DNA of 53,774 nt from Porticoccus sp. Lineage in GTDB: Bacteria > Pseudomonadota > Gammaproteobacteria > Pseudomonadales > Porticoccaceae. The translations under genes and the position numbers were made by a program. The stretch spans positions 1 through 53,774 of the forward strand of contig JBLIJA010000001.1 of the NCBI GenBank assembly GCA_047635115.1. Direction: 5' to 3'. Shown one piece after another: positions 1 to 9,880 of this stretch (positions within the stretch are counted from its first letter, which is position 1; each line of letters opens with the position of its first letter). The notes below the pieces were generated by a model that worked only from the letters and a program-made list of their open reading frames with translations, was not told the DNA's origin and made no database searches.

Positions 1-2
1 CG

Positions 3-371
3 GTGGGTTTCATTGCATTGGCAGGCATGGCAGCGGAAATAGGGGTACTGGTTTTAAGCTTTATCGATACGGAAATTGCCAAACGACGTTCCATGGCTGC
101 GGATAGACTGTCGCTTGAGGAAGTAAAAGACGCCGTGTTATCTGCCACATCAAAACGTGTGCGTCCGGTAGCCATGACGGCTATATCTACCATGGCCGGT
201 TTGATCCCCATCATGGTGAGTAGCGGAACCGGCTCAGATGTCACACACCGTATCGCCGCCCCTATGTTAGGCGGAATGCTGACCGTCACGATACTTAATC
301 TATTGGTGTTACCGGTCATCTATAGCTTCATTTTGCAGTATCAGGAAAAAAGAAGGCAGATTGATATTTAG
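3..371 (+). CDS. cusA: CusA/CzcA-family heavy-metal efflux RND transporter, C-terminal part (truncated by window edge)
   Basis: GFIALAGMAAEIG, RVRPVAMTA and RIAAPMLGGM are CusA-type C-terminal TM motifs; adjacent to a CueR-type locus. Confidence 0.85.
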   Translation: MGFIALAGMAAEIGVLVLSFIDTEIAKRRSMAADRLSLEEVKDAVLSATSKRVRPVAMTAISTMAGLIPIMVSSGTGSDVTHRIAAPMLGGMLTVTILNLLVLPVIYSFILQYQEKRRQIDI

Positions 372-462
372 TCTGGTTTCAGATTTCCTTGTTACTTGTT
401 GTTTTTGAACTGATTTGAATATCTTGTGGAATGGTAAATATTCAAACAGTTTAAGTGCTTTA

Positions 463-493
463 TTGACCTTATACTTACTATAAGGTTTACATT
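463..493 (+). promoter_or_regulatory. MerR/CueR-type promoter with operator
   Basis: -35 TTGACC (463-468), 19-bp spacer, -10 TACATT (488-493); dyad ACCTTATA-cttac-TATAAGGT (466-486) matches the CueR-box architecture. Confidence 0.85.
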
Positions 494-523
494 GATGGTA
501 TGCCTATAGAGTTGGGGTGTCAG

Positions 524-919
524 ATGAAGATAAGTGACGTTGCCAAGCGAACTGGATTAGATGCCAAAACAATCCATTACTATGAGAGTATCGATTTGGT
601 CGATTCGCCACCAAGGCGTGAAAATGGTTACCGCGAGTACGGCGAGCAAGGTATCTAACAACTTGGATTTTTACGCAAAGCCAGGAAATTTGGCTTTTCT
701 ATCAATGAGTGTCGTGCATTACTGGCTTTGTGGGCCAATCCAAATCGTCGAAGTGCTGAGGTACATGGGTTGGTCACGGAAAAAGTCAGAGATATCGATG
801 CGCATATTCTCGAGCTGAAGGCGATGAAGAAAATGCTCTCTGAGCTGTTGGTTCAGTGTCTCGATGATGATAATCCTAACTGTGCAATTATGAGTAAGCT
901 GGCTGAAGAGCAGGAGTAG
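524..919 (+). pseudogene. cueR: CueR (MerR-family Cu(I) sensor) interrupted by an in-frame TAA at 656-658
   Basis: ATG 524 reads MKISDVAKRTGLDAKTIHYYE...RENGYREY (MerR HTH); TAA at codon 45; same frame resumes QLGFLRKARKFGFSINECRALLALWANPNRRSAEV...CLDDDNPNC (C-x7-C metal loop). Confidence 0.85.
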
Positions 920-923
920 GCAG

Positions 924-2015
924 ATGGACGATTGCTGTAATAAGGAATCGAAACCCAAGGCGGCAGCAAGCAGTGGAGAGGCTGAGTCCTGCCATTCACA
1001 AAAGCAGCGGCCCGATTATCTATTGTGGGCTTCCGCCACGATTGTGCTGTTGTGCTATGTCCTCTACTGGCTGGTTGATGGCCATCCGGATTTACCTCAA
1101 TGGTTGGTGGTGATGACCTCCGGGGTATACGAGTTGATTAACCGGATGTGGTGGGGCTTGTTGGCTGCGGTGGTTTTTGTCGGGCTGCTGGAGCGAATCC
1201 CCCGTGACTTGGTGATGTCAGCTTTGGGTCAGGGTGGCACTCTCAAGGGTATTATCCGAGCCACCATTGCCGGAGTGCTGCTGGATTTGTGTAGCCACGG
1301 CATATTAATGGTAGGTGCCAAGCTGTATGAGCGTGGTGCCAGCTTGGGGCAGTTGATGGCATTTCTTATTGCTAGTCCGTGGAACTCCCTATCGCTGACC
1401 ATTATTTTGGTGGCGCTGATTGGCTTTGGTTGGACCTTGGCTTTTTTGTTGTTATCCATGGCCATAGGTGTGGTGACAGGATTGATTTTTGATTACTTGG
1501 TGTCGGGTGGGAAGCTTCCTGCGAACCCCAACCATGCTGTTTCGACCAATGGCGACAGTCTGCCCCGTCAGCTTGGACAGCTAATGAAAACTATAAAAAT
1601 TTCCCCGTCAGGAATGTTTGCATTGCTCAAAGATGGCCTGAGAGACGCCAAGATGGTTTTCCGCTGGGTGTTCTTTGGTATCGTGCTGGCTGCAGCTATT
1701 CGAGCCTTTGTGCCGATGGACACTTATCAGACGTTGTTTGGGCCAACGGTGGCGGGGTTGTTGTTAACCCTGCTGGCCGCCACAGTGATTGAAGTGTGCT
1801 CTGAAGGTTCAACACCCATTGCCGCAGATATTGTGATCCGTGCGGCGGCACCGGGTAATGGTTTTACCTTTTTAATGGCGGGTATCGCGACGGACTATAC
1901 CGAGATGATGGTGATTCGCGATATGACAAAATCCTGGAAAATCGCGTTATTTTTACCATTGGTTAGTGTGCCGCAAATCCTTGTTATTGGGTGGATTTTG
2001 AACCAACTTGGATAG
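924..2015 (+). CDS. DUF318/ArsP-like putative metal permease with Cys/His-containing N-terminus
   Basis: Multiple TM helices, repeated motifs LDLCSHG and IEVCSEGSTP, N-terminal MDDCC...SCH. Confidence 0.75.
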   Translation: MDDCCNKESKPKAAASSGEAESCHSQKQRPDYLLWASATIVLLCYVLYWLVDGHPDLPQWLVVMTSGVYELINRMWWGLLAAVVFVGLLERIPRDLVMSALGQGGTLKGIIRATIAGVLLDLCSHGILMVGAKLYERGASLGQLMAFLIASPWNSLSLTIILVALIGFGWTLAFLLLSMAIGVVTGLIFDYLVSGGKLPANPNHAVSTNGDSLPRQLGQLMKTIKISPSGMFALLKDGLRDAKMVFRWVFFGIVLAAAIRAFVPMDTYQTLFGPTVAGLLLTLLAATVIEVCSEGSTPIAADIVIRAAAPGNGFTFLMAGIATDYTEMMVIRDMTKSWKIALFLPLVSVPQILVIGWILNQLG

Positions 2016-2124
2016 ACTTCTGATTGCTAAGTAAGTAGTTAAGTAGGTAGAAAAAAACGGCGGTTTACGCTAAAATTCGACCCTTGTTCTACCCTCACCG
2101 TATTAGCACTGGTATTAGCAGTAA

Positions 2125-3220
2125 ATGGAAATTAATCCGATCAGGAATGCCCTCGACGACCTTCAGGCACGCACAGACGTACTTAGGGGGTATCTTTGAC
2201 TACCTTAACAAGAAAGACCAGTTAGCCGAGGTTGAGCTAGAGCTTGGTGATTCAGAAGTCTGGAGTAACCCCGAAAGAGCTCAGGAACTAGGGCGAGAAC
2301 GCGCGGCCCTAGAGATGGTGGTAGAAACCATTGAAACGCTGGATTCTGGTATTTCGGATGCTTGTGAATTACTGGAAATGGCGGCAGAAGACTACGATGC
2401 AGACACCGTGGCTGAGGTTGAGATAGAAATTTCTCAGCTAACGGCTCACCTGGGAAAACTTGAGTTCCGCCGAATGTTTTCCGGTGAGATGGATGCAAAT
2501 AATGCCTATCTCGATATCCAGGCGGGTTCCGGAGGAACGGAAGCCCAAGATTGGGCAGAAATGATTTTGCGTATGTACCTGCGCTGGGGTGAAACTAAAG
2601 GGTTTAAAGCCACCTTAGAGGAAGCCTCTGCCGGTGATGTGGCAGGTATCAAAAGCGCCACCATACACTTTGATGGTGAATACGCATTTGGTTGGTTGAG
2701 AACCGAAACGGGGGTGCATCGCCTAGTACGAAAATCGCCTTTTGATTCAGGTAATCGTCGGCATACATCCTTTAGTTCTGTCTTTGTCTCGCCGGAGATT
2801 GACGACAATATCGTAATCGATATCAACCCCTCAGATGTGCGAACAGATACCTACCGCGCCAGCGGGGCGGGTGGGCAGCACGTAAACAAAACAGATTCAG
2901 CGGTGCGATTGACTCACGAACCAACGGGTATTGTGTCAGAGTGTCAAAGCCAGCGCTCGCAACACAAAAACCGTGATCAGGCTTGGAAGATGTTACGCGC
3001 CAAGCTCTATGAGCAGGAAATGCTCAAACGATCTGAAAAGGCCCAGGCAGTGGAGGACACAAAGTCTGATATTGGTTGGGGCAGCCAGATTAGATCCTAC
3101 GTTCTGGACGATCAGCGAATTAAAGATTTACGAACCAATATTCAGACCAGCAATTGTCAGGCAGTACTGGATGGAGATTTGGATCAGTTTATTGAGGCTT
3201 CGTTAAAGGCTGGTGTTTAA
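2125..3220 (+). CDS. prfB: Peptide chain release factor 2 (programmed +1 frameshift, about 364 aa)
   Basis: ATG 2125 [24 protein letters not shown], then CTT-TGA-C slip into DYL...; SPF and GGQ motifs. Confidence 0.98.
2185..2200 (+). promoter_or_regulatory. prfB +1 ribosomal frameshift cassette
   Basis: AGGGGG-TAT-CTT-TGA-C: internal SD plus slippery site. Confidence 0.97.
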
Positions 3221-3332
3221 GAAGTCAGTTACACGCATTAGTAATACAGGCCAGTAATGTAGTTCAGTAATACAAGCCCCGAAGAGCAGCCAAGAAGTGT
3301 AGCTGTAAAATGTAAAATGTATTGGGATATCC

Positions 3333-4844
3333 ATGAGTAACGATCAACAGCAAGATGAAAACAAGTTAATTGCCGAACGTAGAGCCAAGCTGGCGACTAT
3401 TCGCGAGCAGGCTATTGCCGATAATAGCAGTGCATTTCCCAATAACTTTCGCCGAGAAGATCTGGCTGCTGATTTACAGACCCAGTACGGCGAGCAGTTA
3501 AAGGAAGAGCTGGAGACCTTAGGCCATAATGTGAGCGTGGCTGGGCGACTGATTCGTAATCGTGGCGCTTTTATGGTGATTCAGGATATGTCCGGCAGCA
3601 TTCAATTGTATGTGGGCAAAGAGGCTCGCCCCTTTGCCAAAACCCTAGACCTAGGGGATATCGTTGGCGTGAGCGGTGCACTACATAAATCGGGCAAGGG
3701 TGATCTGTATGTCAATATGGAGCAGTATCAGCTGTTGACCAAATCCTTGCGGCCACTGCCAGATAAATATCACGGTCTTGCTGACCAGGAAATGCGTTAC
3801 CGTCAGCGCTATGTGGATTTGATCGTCAACCCTGAGGTACGTGATCTGTTCAAAGTGCGAACCCAGGTCATCAGTTTCATCCGCAGTTACCTGAATGACA
3901 ATCGTTTCATGGAAGTGGAAACGCCCATGTTACAAGTGATTCCTGGTGGTGCTGCGGCACGGCCCTTTGTCACCTATCACAATGCACTTAATCTCGATAT
4001 GTATCTTCGGATTGCTCCGGAGCTATATCTGAAGCGTCTTGTGATCGGTGGTTTTGAGCGGGTATATGAGATTAACCGCAACTTCCGTAATGAAGGGTTG
4101 TCTACTCGACATAATCCTGAGTTTACGATGCTGGAGTTCTATCAAGCCTATGCGGATTACAGCGATCTGATGGACCTTACCGAAGATATGTTGCGTCAGT
4201 TGGCAGTGAATGTTCTTGGCAGTAGTGAGGTTCGTAGCACGGTGAAGAATGAGGAGGGTGAGATCGTTCAAGAAAAAACTTACGATTTCTCCAATCCATT
4301 TCGAAGAATATCTGTGTTTGATTCCATTCTACATTTCAATCCGGATATATCCGCTGAGGCGCTTTCCGATGAAAGTGCTGCGCGTCAAATTGCGGAGCAT
4401 CTCGATATTCCGCTAAAAGATAGTTGGAGGCTGGGTAAGGTTCAGATAGAAATTTTTGAAAAAACGGTCGAGCATCGTTTAGATGAACCTACTTTCATTA
4501 CCCAGTATCCGACAGAGGTCTCGCCATTGGCTCGTCGTAATGATGACAATCCATTTGTTACAGATCGGTTTGAGTTTTTTGTTGGTGGTAGAGAAATCGC
4601 CAATGGTTTTTCCGAGCTGAATGATGCAGAAGACCAGGCTGCGCGTTTCCAAGCGCAGGTGGCTGAAAAAGATGCTGGCGATGATGAAGCGATGCACTTT
4701 GATGCCGATTATATTCGGGCGTTAGAATACGGGCTGCCACCAACAGCAGGAGAAGGTATAGGTATCGATCGTTTGGTGATGCTGTTGACTGATTCGCCTT
4801 CTATTCGGGATGTGTTGCTGTTTCCTCATATGCGACCCGAATAA
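3333..4844 (+). CDS. lysS: Lysine--tRNA ligase (class II)
   Basis: [38 protein letters not shown]; follows prfB. Confidence 0.98.
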   Translation: MSNDQQQDENKLIAERRAKLATIREQAIADNSSAFPNNFRREDLAADLQTQYGEQLKEELETLGHNVSVAGRLIRNRGAFMVIQDMSGSIQLYVGKEARPFAKTLDLGDIVGVSGALHKSGKGDLYVNMEQYQLLTKSLRPLPDKYHGLADQEMRYRQRYVDLIVNPEVRDLFKVRTQVISFIRSYLNDNRFMEVETPMLQVIPGGAAARPFVTYHNALNLDMYLRIAPELYLKRLVIGGFERVYEINRNFRNEGLSTRHNPEFTMLEFYQAYADYSDLMDLTEDMLRQLAVNVLGSSEVRSTVKNEEGEIVQEKTYDFSNPFRRISVFDSILHFNPDISAEALSDESAARQIAEHLDIPLKDSWRLGKVQIEIFEKTVEHRLDEPTFITQYPTEVSPLARRNDDNPFVTDRFEFFVGGREIANGFSELNDAEDQAARFQAQVAEKDAGDDEAMHFDADYIRALEYGLPPTAGEGIGIDRLVMLLTDSPSIRDVLLFPHMRPE

Positions 4845-4939
4845 ACCACTTTAAGTAGGGTTTTCATGTGTAAAAGTGAATTCTCTGTTTATATGGCATA
4901 TAGTCAGAAATAAGAGCATGAATTTTCTAGTGTCTATAA

Positions 4940-6112
4940 ATGGAACCTCGTGAAATCAAGAGTACTGTAAAGTTGCGACCAACGACTTCGTTACAATGGC
5001 TTTATAAAATCAGCCCCGTGCCACTTGATGCTGGGGCCGAAGAAGAAGCTCGTCGGCAGGATGTGATGGTCGCCATTTTGATGCTTACCGGCTCGATTGC
5101 GCTAACGGGTTTGTCAGTATGGGACTTGCTGGCAGGCACAGGCGAACTTTGGAGTAATTTGGTCACCTTTGTTGTGGGTGTGCTCGCTTCCATTATCTAT
5201 GTCCTGTTATTGAAAAGCCGAAAAACCAACTTGCTGCTAACCCTGTTAATGATGGTTTTTTTGCATTTCTTCTGGTTAGTTACGGGTGATTTTCAGTGGG
5301 CTGGCATGCTTTGGTGTTTAGTTATGCTACCACTTTTTTTCCAGCTGTTAGGGTGCAAGACGGGCGCTAAACTGGTAGGCGGGATTACTCTGGTTAGTGC
5401 CGTTGTTCTACTTTGGCCCGAGTCGCCACTTCTTGTAACTAACTACTCCCTGGAGATGAGTTACCGTTTTCTTTTGGCTTATCTGGTATTGTCATGGATT
5501 TCATTTATTGTGGAGTATGTTCGTATCCAGACGCGTCGGCGTTTAGAGGAAAGGCAGGCTTTCCTTGGCGCCGAAACCCAAACGGACGAGTTGACAGGCC
5601 TAGCCAACCGTCGTGGATTTAAAAAGTATTTAGGTGAGTCTGAGCAGCGTTGTGAAAAGGATAAGGGATCGTTTGCGGTGATTGTTGGGGATTTAGATAA
5701 CTTCAAACAAATCAACGATGAGTATGGTCACGAGGTGGGTGATTTTGTACTGCAAGAAATTGGCGATATTTTGAAATTATTGGTTCGGTCTGAAGACTTG
5801 GTGGTTCGCTGGGGCGGCGATGAGTTTCTGATTTTATTGGTAGACACAGACCTACAAGGAGCGAATGTTTTGGCTGAGAGAGCACGTGAAAAAATAGCTT
5901 CAACCAGTTTGGCCGTCGATGGCGGTCTGGTTGCTGTGACCATGAGTCTTGGTGTTGATATCCAGAGACCAGAAGGTGATTTTCACTCTAAACTAGGATC
6001 TGCGGATAAGGCGATGTATGAAGCCAAACGTAGAGGGCGAAATTGTGTTGTTACTACTTACGGGGATGGAAGATTTAGTGATAGTAGCCTAAATGTCCTA
6101 AAATACTCTTAA
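4940..6112 (+). CDS. Membrane-anchored diguanylate cyclase (GGDEF)
   Basis: About 6 hydrophobic segments, then TDELTGLANRR, DLDNFKQINDEYGH, RSED I-site, WGGDEF, ADKAMYEAK. Confidence 0.93.
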   Translation: MEPREIKSTVKLRPTTSLQWLYKISPVPLDAGAEEEARRQDVMVAILMLTGSIALTGLSVWDLLAGTGELWSNLVTFVVGVLASIIYVLLLKSRKTNLLLTLLMMVFLHFFWLVTGDFQWAGMLWCLVMLPLFFQLLGCKTGAKLVGGITLVSAVVLLWPESPLLVTNYSLEMSYRFLLAYLVLSWISFIVEYVRIQTRRRLEERQAFLGAETQTDELTGLANRRGFKKYLGESEQRCEKDKGSFAVIVGDLDNFKQINDEYGHEVGDFVLQEIGDILKLLVRSEDLVVRWGGDEFLILLVDTDLQGANVLAERAREKIASTSLAVDGGLVAVTMSLGVDIQRPEGDFHSKLGSADKAMYEAKRRGRNCVVTTYGDGRFSDSSLNVLKYS

Positions 6113-6156
6113 CTAGACAGTAGGGCCTATTTAATGTTTATGTTTTGAGAGTAAAA

Positions 6157-8928
6157 CTACAATTGACTGATGCGCTGATGTTGTTCAGCTAGTTTTCTGA
6201 GTGCCATGTCTATATCAGCCATTTTATCTTTTTCTTTAGCAACCACGTCTTCTGGCGCTTTACTAATAAACTTCCCATTGTTGAGTTTTCCTTCGACTTG
6301 CAGGCGTTCCTTTTCAAGCTTTTCTGCTTCCTTGTTGATTCGAGCTAGCTCTGTATTCTTGTCAATCAAGCCTGACATAGGCACCAAAATTTCCATGCTG
6401 CCTACCAATGCAGTAGCCGACATAGGTGCCTCTTCTTCTGTGTTGAGCCAAGTGATAGATTCCAGATTAGCCAGTTTGGCTAGGACCTGACGAGTTGTAT
6501 TCAGTCGGTTTTGGTCTTCACGACTGCCATTGTTTAAGTAAATAGGCAGCGCTTTTCCAGGTGATATGTTTATTTCTCCGCGAATATTACGAATACCAAT
6601 AATGACATTTTTAAGCCATTCAATATTAGCTGTCGCAGATTCATCAACGAGGTTTTGATCCGCCTCTGGATAGGGCTGAACCATTATGGTTACACCGTCA
6701 ACGCCCGCTAGTGTTTTAACTTGCTGCCAGATTTCTTCAGTGATGAATGGAATCAGTGGATGAGCCATTCTCAGGGTGGCTTCCAGTACCCGAATCAGGG
6801 TCCGGCGAGTGCCTTTTTGTAACGCAGGGGATGCGTTCTCATCCCAGAGTACCGGCTTAGATAGCTCCAGATACCAGCCGCAGTATTCATTCCAGATGAA
6901 TTCATAAATGGCCTGAGATGCCAGATCAAAGCGATAGTTTCCGATGGCTTCGGCAACCGCTTTTTCCGTGTGTTGCAGGTGGCTGATAATCCAGTGATCT
7001 GCCAGACTGAGTTCGTAGTTTTCGCTGCCATCCTGTCCGCAATCATGTTCTTCGGTATTCATCAGCACATAGCGTGCTGCATTCCATATTTTGTTACAGA
7101 AGTTACGGAAACCTTCTATACGCCCAACATCAAAGTTGATGTCACGGCCTGTGGAAGCCAGCGAATAATAGGTATAGCGTAGGGCATCAGTGCCATAAGG
7201 CTCAATACCCTCGGAAAACTCTTTACGGGTTTGTTTTTCAATTTTAGCTGCATCTTTTGGGCGCATCAGTCCGGCAGTACGCTTTTTCACCAGAGATTCG
7301 AGGTCAATGCCATCGATGAGATCAATTGGATCCAATACGTTGCCCTTGGATTTGGACATCTTCTGGCCGTGACTATCCCGAACCAGCCCATGAACGTACA
7401 CGGTGCGGAACGGGGCTTCATCCATAAAGTACAGGGTCATCATGATCATCCGGGCAACCCAGAAGAAAATAATATCGAACCCAGTGACCAGTACATTGGT
7501 GGGGTGGAAGGTCCTCAGAAATCCAGTTTTTTCTGGCCATCCAAGGGTGCCAAAGGTCCACAGGCTAGAGGAGAACCACGTGTCTAGTACATCATTATCC
7601 TGCTTTAGATTGATGTCACCGAGGTTGTGTTTTACTCGTACTTCTTCTTCTGAACGCCCAACATAGACATTGCCTTGGTCATCATACCATGCGGGAATAC
7701 GGTGACCCCACCAGAGCTGGCGAGAGATACACCAGTCCTGAATATCACGCATCCAGGAGAAGTACATGTTTTCGTACTGCTTGGGCACAAACTCGATGTC
7801 CCCATCTTCTACTGCCGCGATGGCCTTTTCAGCTAGCGGAGCTGTTTTTACGTACCATTGATCCGTCAGGTAGGGTTCGATCACCACACCTGAGCGCTCG
7901 CCTCTGGGCACCTTCAGTTTATGGTCATCGATCTTGCCCAGTAGTCCCAGTTCGTCGAGATCGACCACAATTATTTTGCGGGCCTCAAATCGATCCATAC
8001 CCTGATAACACTCCGGCACATTAGTATTCATCTGGGCGTCATCATTGAACAGGTTGATTAGCGGTAGATTGTGACGTTGTCCCATTTCGTAGTCGTTGAA
8101 ATCGTGGGCCGGGGTAACTTTCAGACAGCCTGTACCAAATTCATGGTCTACATAGTCATCGCCAATGATCGGGATTTCACGGTTAGCCAACGGTAGAGTG
8201 ATGGTTTTTCCTATCAGGTGTTGGTACCGCTCATCTTCTGGGTGAACGGCTACGGCGGTATCACCCAGCATGGTTTCTGGGCGAGTAGTGGCAACAACCA
8301 AGTGCCCGCTACCGTCAGTCAGGGGGTATTTGAAATGCCACAGGCTGCCGCTTTCTTCTTCTGATATGACTTCCAAGTCTGAAATGGCAGTGTGTAATTT
8401 TGGGTCCCAGTTGACCAATCGTTTACCGCGGTAAATTAGGTCATCGTTGTAGAGGCGGATAAAGGCTTCCTGGACTGCTTCGGAGAAGCCGTCATCCATG
8501 GTAAAGCGTTCTCGAGACCAATCTGGAGAAGCACCCAATCGCCGCAATTGTTGAGTGATAGTTCCACCGGACTGCTCTTTCCACTCCCATACCTTTTCGG
8601 TAAATTCTTCCCGACCAAGGTCGTGGCGGGTGGAGCCTTCAGTCTCCAGTAGACGCTCTACCACCATTTGGGTAGCGATGCCCGCATGGTCAGTACCTAC
8701 TTGCCACAGGGTGTTGTTACCCTTCATTCGATGGTAGCGAATAAGTGCGTCCATGATGGCTTCTTGGAATCCGTGCCCCATATGCAAGCTGCCAGTAACA
8801 TTCGGCGGCGGGATCGTAATGCAGTAGGGATCGGCATCTGGGTTATTGGTTGGCTTGAAAAATCCTTGCTCTTCCCAGGTTTGATACCACTGTTTTTCAA
8901 TGTCTTGTGGACGGTAGATCTTTTCCAT
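6157..8928 (-). CDS. valS: Valine--tRNA ligase
   Basis: [19 protein letters not shown]-terminal coiled coil; start taken at MEKIY. Confidence 0.98.
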   Translation of the reverse strand: MEKIYRPQDIEKQWYQTWEEQGFFKPTNNPDADPYCITIPPPNVTGSLHMGHGFQEAIMDALIRYHRMKGNNTLWQVGTDHAGIATQMVVERLLETEGSTRHDLGREEFTEKVWEWKEQSGGTITQQLRRLGASPDWSRERFTMDDGFSEAVQEAFIRLYNDDLIYRGKRLVNWDPKLHTAISDLEVISEEESGSLWHFKYPLTDGSGHLVVATTRPETMLGDTAVAVHPEDERYQHLIGKTITLPLANREIPIIGDDYVDHEFGTGCLKVTPAHDFNDYEMGQRHNLPLINLFNDDAQMNTNVPECYQGMDRFEARKIIVVDLDELGLLGKIDDHKLKVPRGERSGVVIEPYLTDQWYVKTAPLAEKAIAAVEDGDIEFVPKQYENMYFSWMRDIQDWCISRQLWWGHRIPAWYDDQGNVYVGRSEEEVRVKHNLGDINLKQDNDVLDTWFSSSLWTFGTLGWPEKTGFLRTFHPTNVLVTGFDIIFFWVARMIMMTLYFMDEAPFRTVYVHGLVRDSHGQKMSKSKGNVLDPIDLIDGIDLESLVKKRTAGLMRPKDAAKIEKQTRKEFSEGIEPYGTDALRYTYYSLASTGRDINFDVGRIEGFRNFCNKIWNAARYVLMNTEEHDCGQDGSENYELSLADHWIISHLQHTEKAVAEAIGNYRFDLASQAIYEFIWNEYCGWYLELSKPVLWDENASPALQKGTRRTLIRVLEATLRMAHPLIPFITEEIWQQVKTLAGVDGVTIMVQPYPEADQNLVDESATANIEWLKNVIIGIRNIRGEINISPGKALPIYLNNGSREDQNRLNTTRQVLAKLANLESITWLNTEEEAPMSATALVGSMEILVPMSGLIDKNTELARINKEAEKLEKERLQVEGKLNNGKFISKAPEDVVAKEKDKMADIDMALRKLAEQHQRISQL

Positions 8929-9089
8929 GTCAGCTCGTTTAGTTTTTGGCAAAAATTTCCGTTGCGGCATCAATTCTGGAATGGTTATGCACGTGACAGA
9001 TAAGGCCGGGAATTATAAGGGGCTAGACTGAATAATTCATTAGTTGCCCGAGTTTTAGCATCAGGTTAGCCCGTCTTTATCGTTATTGG

Positions 9090-9365
9090 TCAGTATTTGT
9101 CGCTAGGTGGCTGTTTCAGGAGAGGTGGTTCTAAGGATGGGGTTTCTGATGTGACGGTGTTGGTCTCATCGAAAAAGTCTGTAAATGTGGGTATTTCGGC
9201 ATCCAAATCGACCATTGACCCTAGAGCAGGGAGGCTGGTGTCCCTGATATCTTCATTCAGCATGGGGATGGTATGCTGGAATTCAGAGCCGTCGTCTAAT
9301 GCGTGACGCAATAAATCAAGTTCCTCTATCAGAAGTTCTCTGGTATTCGAGGGCTTGTTATCCAT
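9090..9365 (-). CDS. Hypothetical acidic protein between holC and valS
   Basis: 91-aa ORF with AGGA RBS, in the slot where Pseudomonas-like genomes carry a small hypothetical gene; may be C-terminally shortened. Confidence 0.6.
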   Translation of the reverse strand: MDNKPSNTRELLIEELDLLRHALDDGSEFQHTIPMLNEDIRDTSLPALGSMVDLDAEIPTFTDFFDETNTVTSETPSLEPPLLKQPPSDKY

Positions 9366-9460
9366 GACTATGTCCTATGGGTGGTGCTTGAGTGAGCAGC
9401 ATTTGGCGTTAATAGCATCATTAAAAGTTGTGTTGCCAAGCCTTGGTTAGGTCGTGGTAC

Positions 9461-9880
9461 CTACTTGGTCAGGTCGTGATAATTAAGAGGGTAGCCCCGA
9501 CTTTTATAAAAACTGAAACTTTCACGCTTCTGTTTAATTATTTTTTCATCATCGTAAACAATTTCTACGGTTTTCTCAAAGCGGGTAAACCAACCGGGCG
9601 TGTCTGTACTCAAATTAATCAATAGGCCATGGTGGTCTCCTGGATCGTCGTGATGACAGATGGAGACGGAATCCTTCGGGCTTTTCTCCAGTTCGTGGGG
9701 TAGGAATGCGGTGGACTTGAAAGACCATAGTTGACGGCCGAGTTCTTGAGAAATGGTTTCATCTGTCGTATGTAACAACACGGTTAGACCTTGGTGAAAA
9801 GCTTTCGCTGTCAGCTGGCAGGCCAAGGCGAGAGTGGCATCAAACCCGCCGTTGATTCGGTAAAAATTAATGTTGGTCAT
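9461..9880 (-). CDS. holC: DNA polymerase III subunit chi
   Basis: LACQL..KA, LWSF...FLPH, FYKSRGYPL; coupled to pepA. Confidence 0.93.
   Translation of the reverse strand: MTNINFYRINGGFDATLALACQLTAKAFHQGLTVLLHTTDETISQELGRQLWSFKSTAFLPHELEKSPKDSVSICHHDDPGDHHGLLINLSTDTPGWFTRFEKTVEIVYDDEKIIKQKRESFSFYKSRGYPLNYHDLTK

Noticed and set aside
656-658. Stop-codon recoding (Sec/Pyl or alternative genetic code) in cueR
   Set aside because: The stop is TAA, which terminates many genes in this window; no recoding signal is visible
561-958. ORF-track entries 561..818 (+), 719..958 (-) and 728..919 (+) as separate genes
   Set aside because: They are off-frame or antisense shadows, or the distal fragment, of the interrupted cueR
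2084-2124. ORF-track N-terminus of RF2 (MFYPHR...)
   Set aside because: Artefact of the programmed frameshift; the real start is ATG 2125
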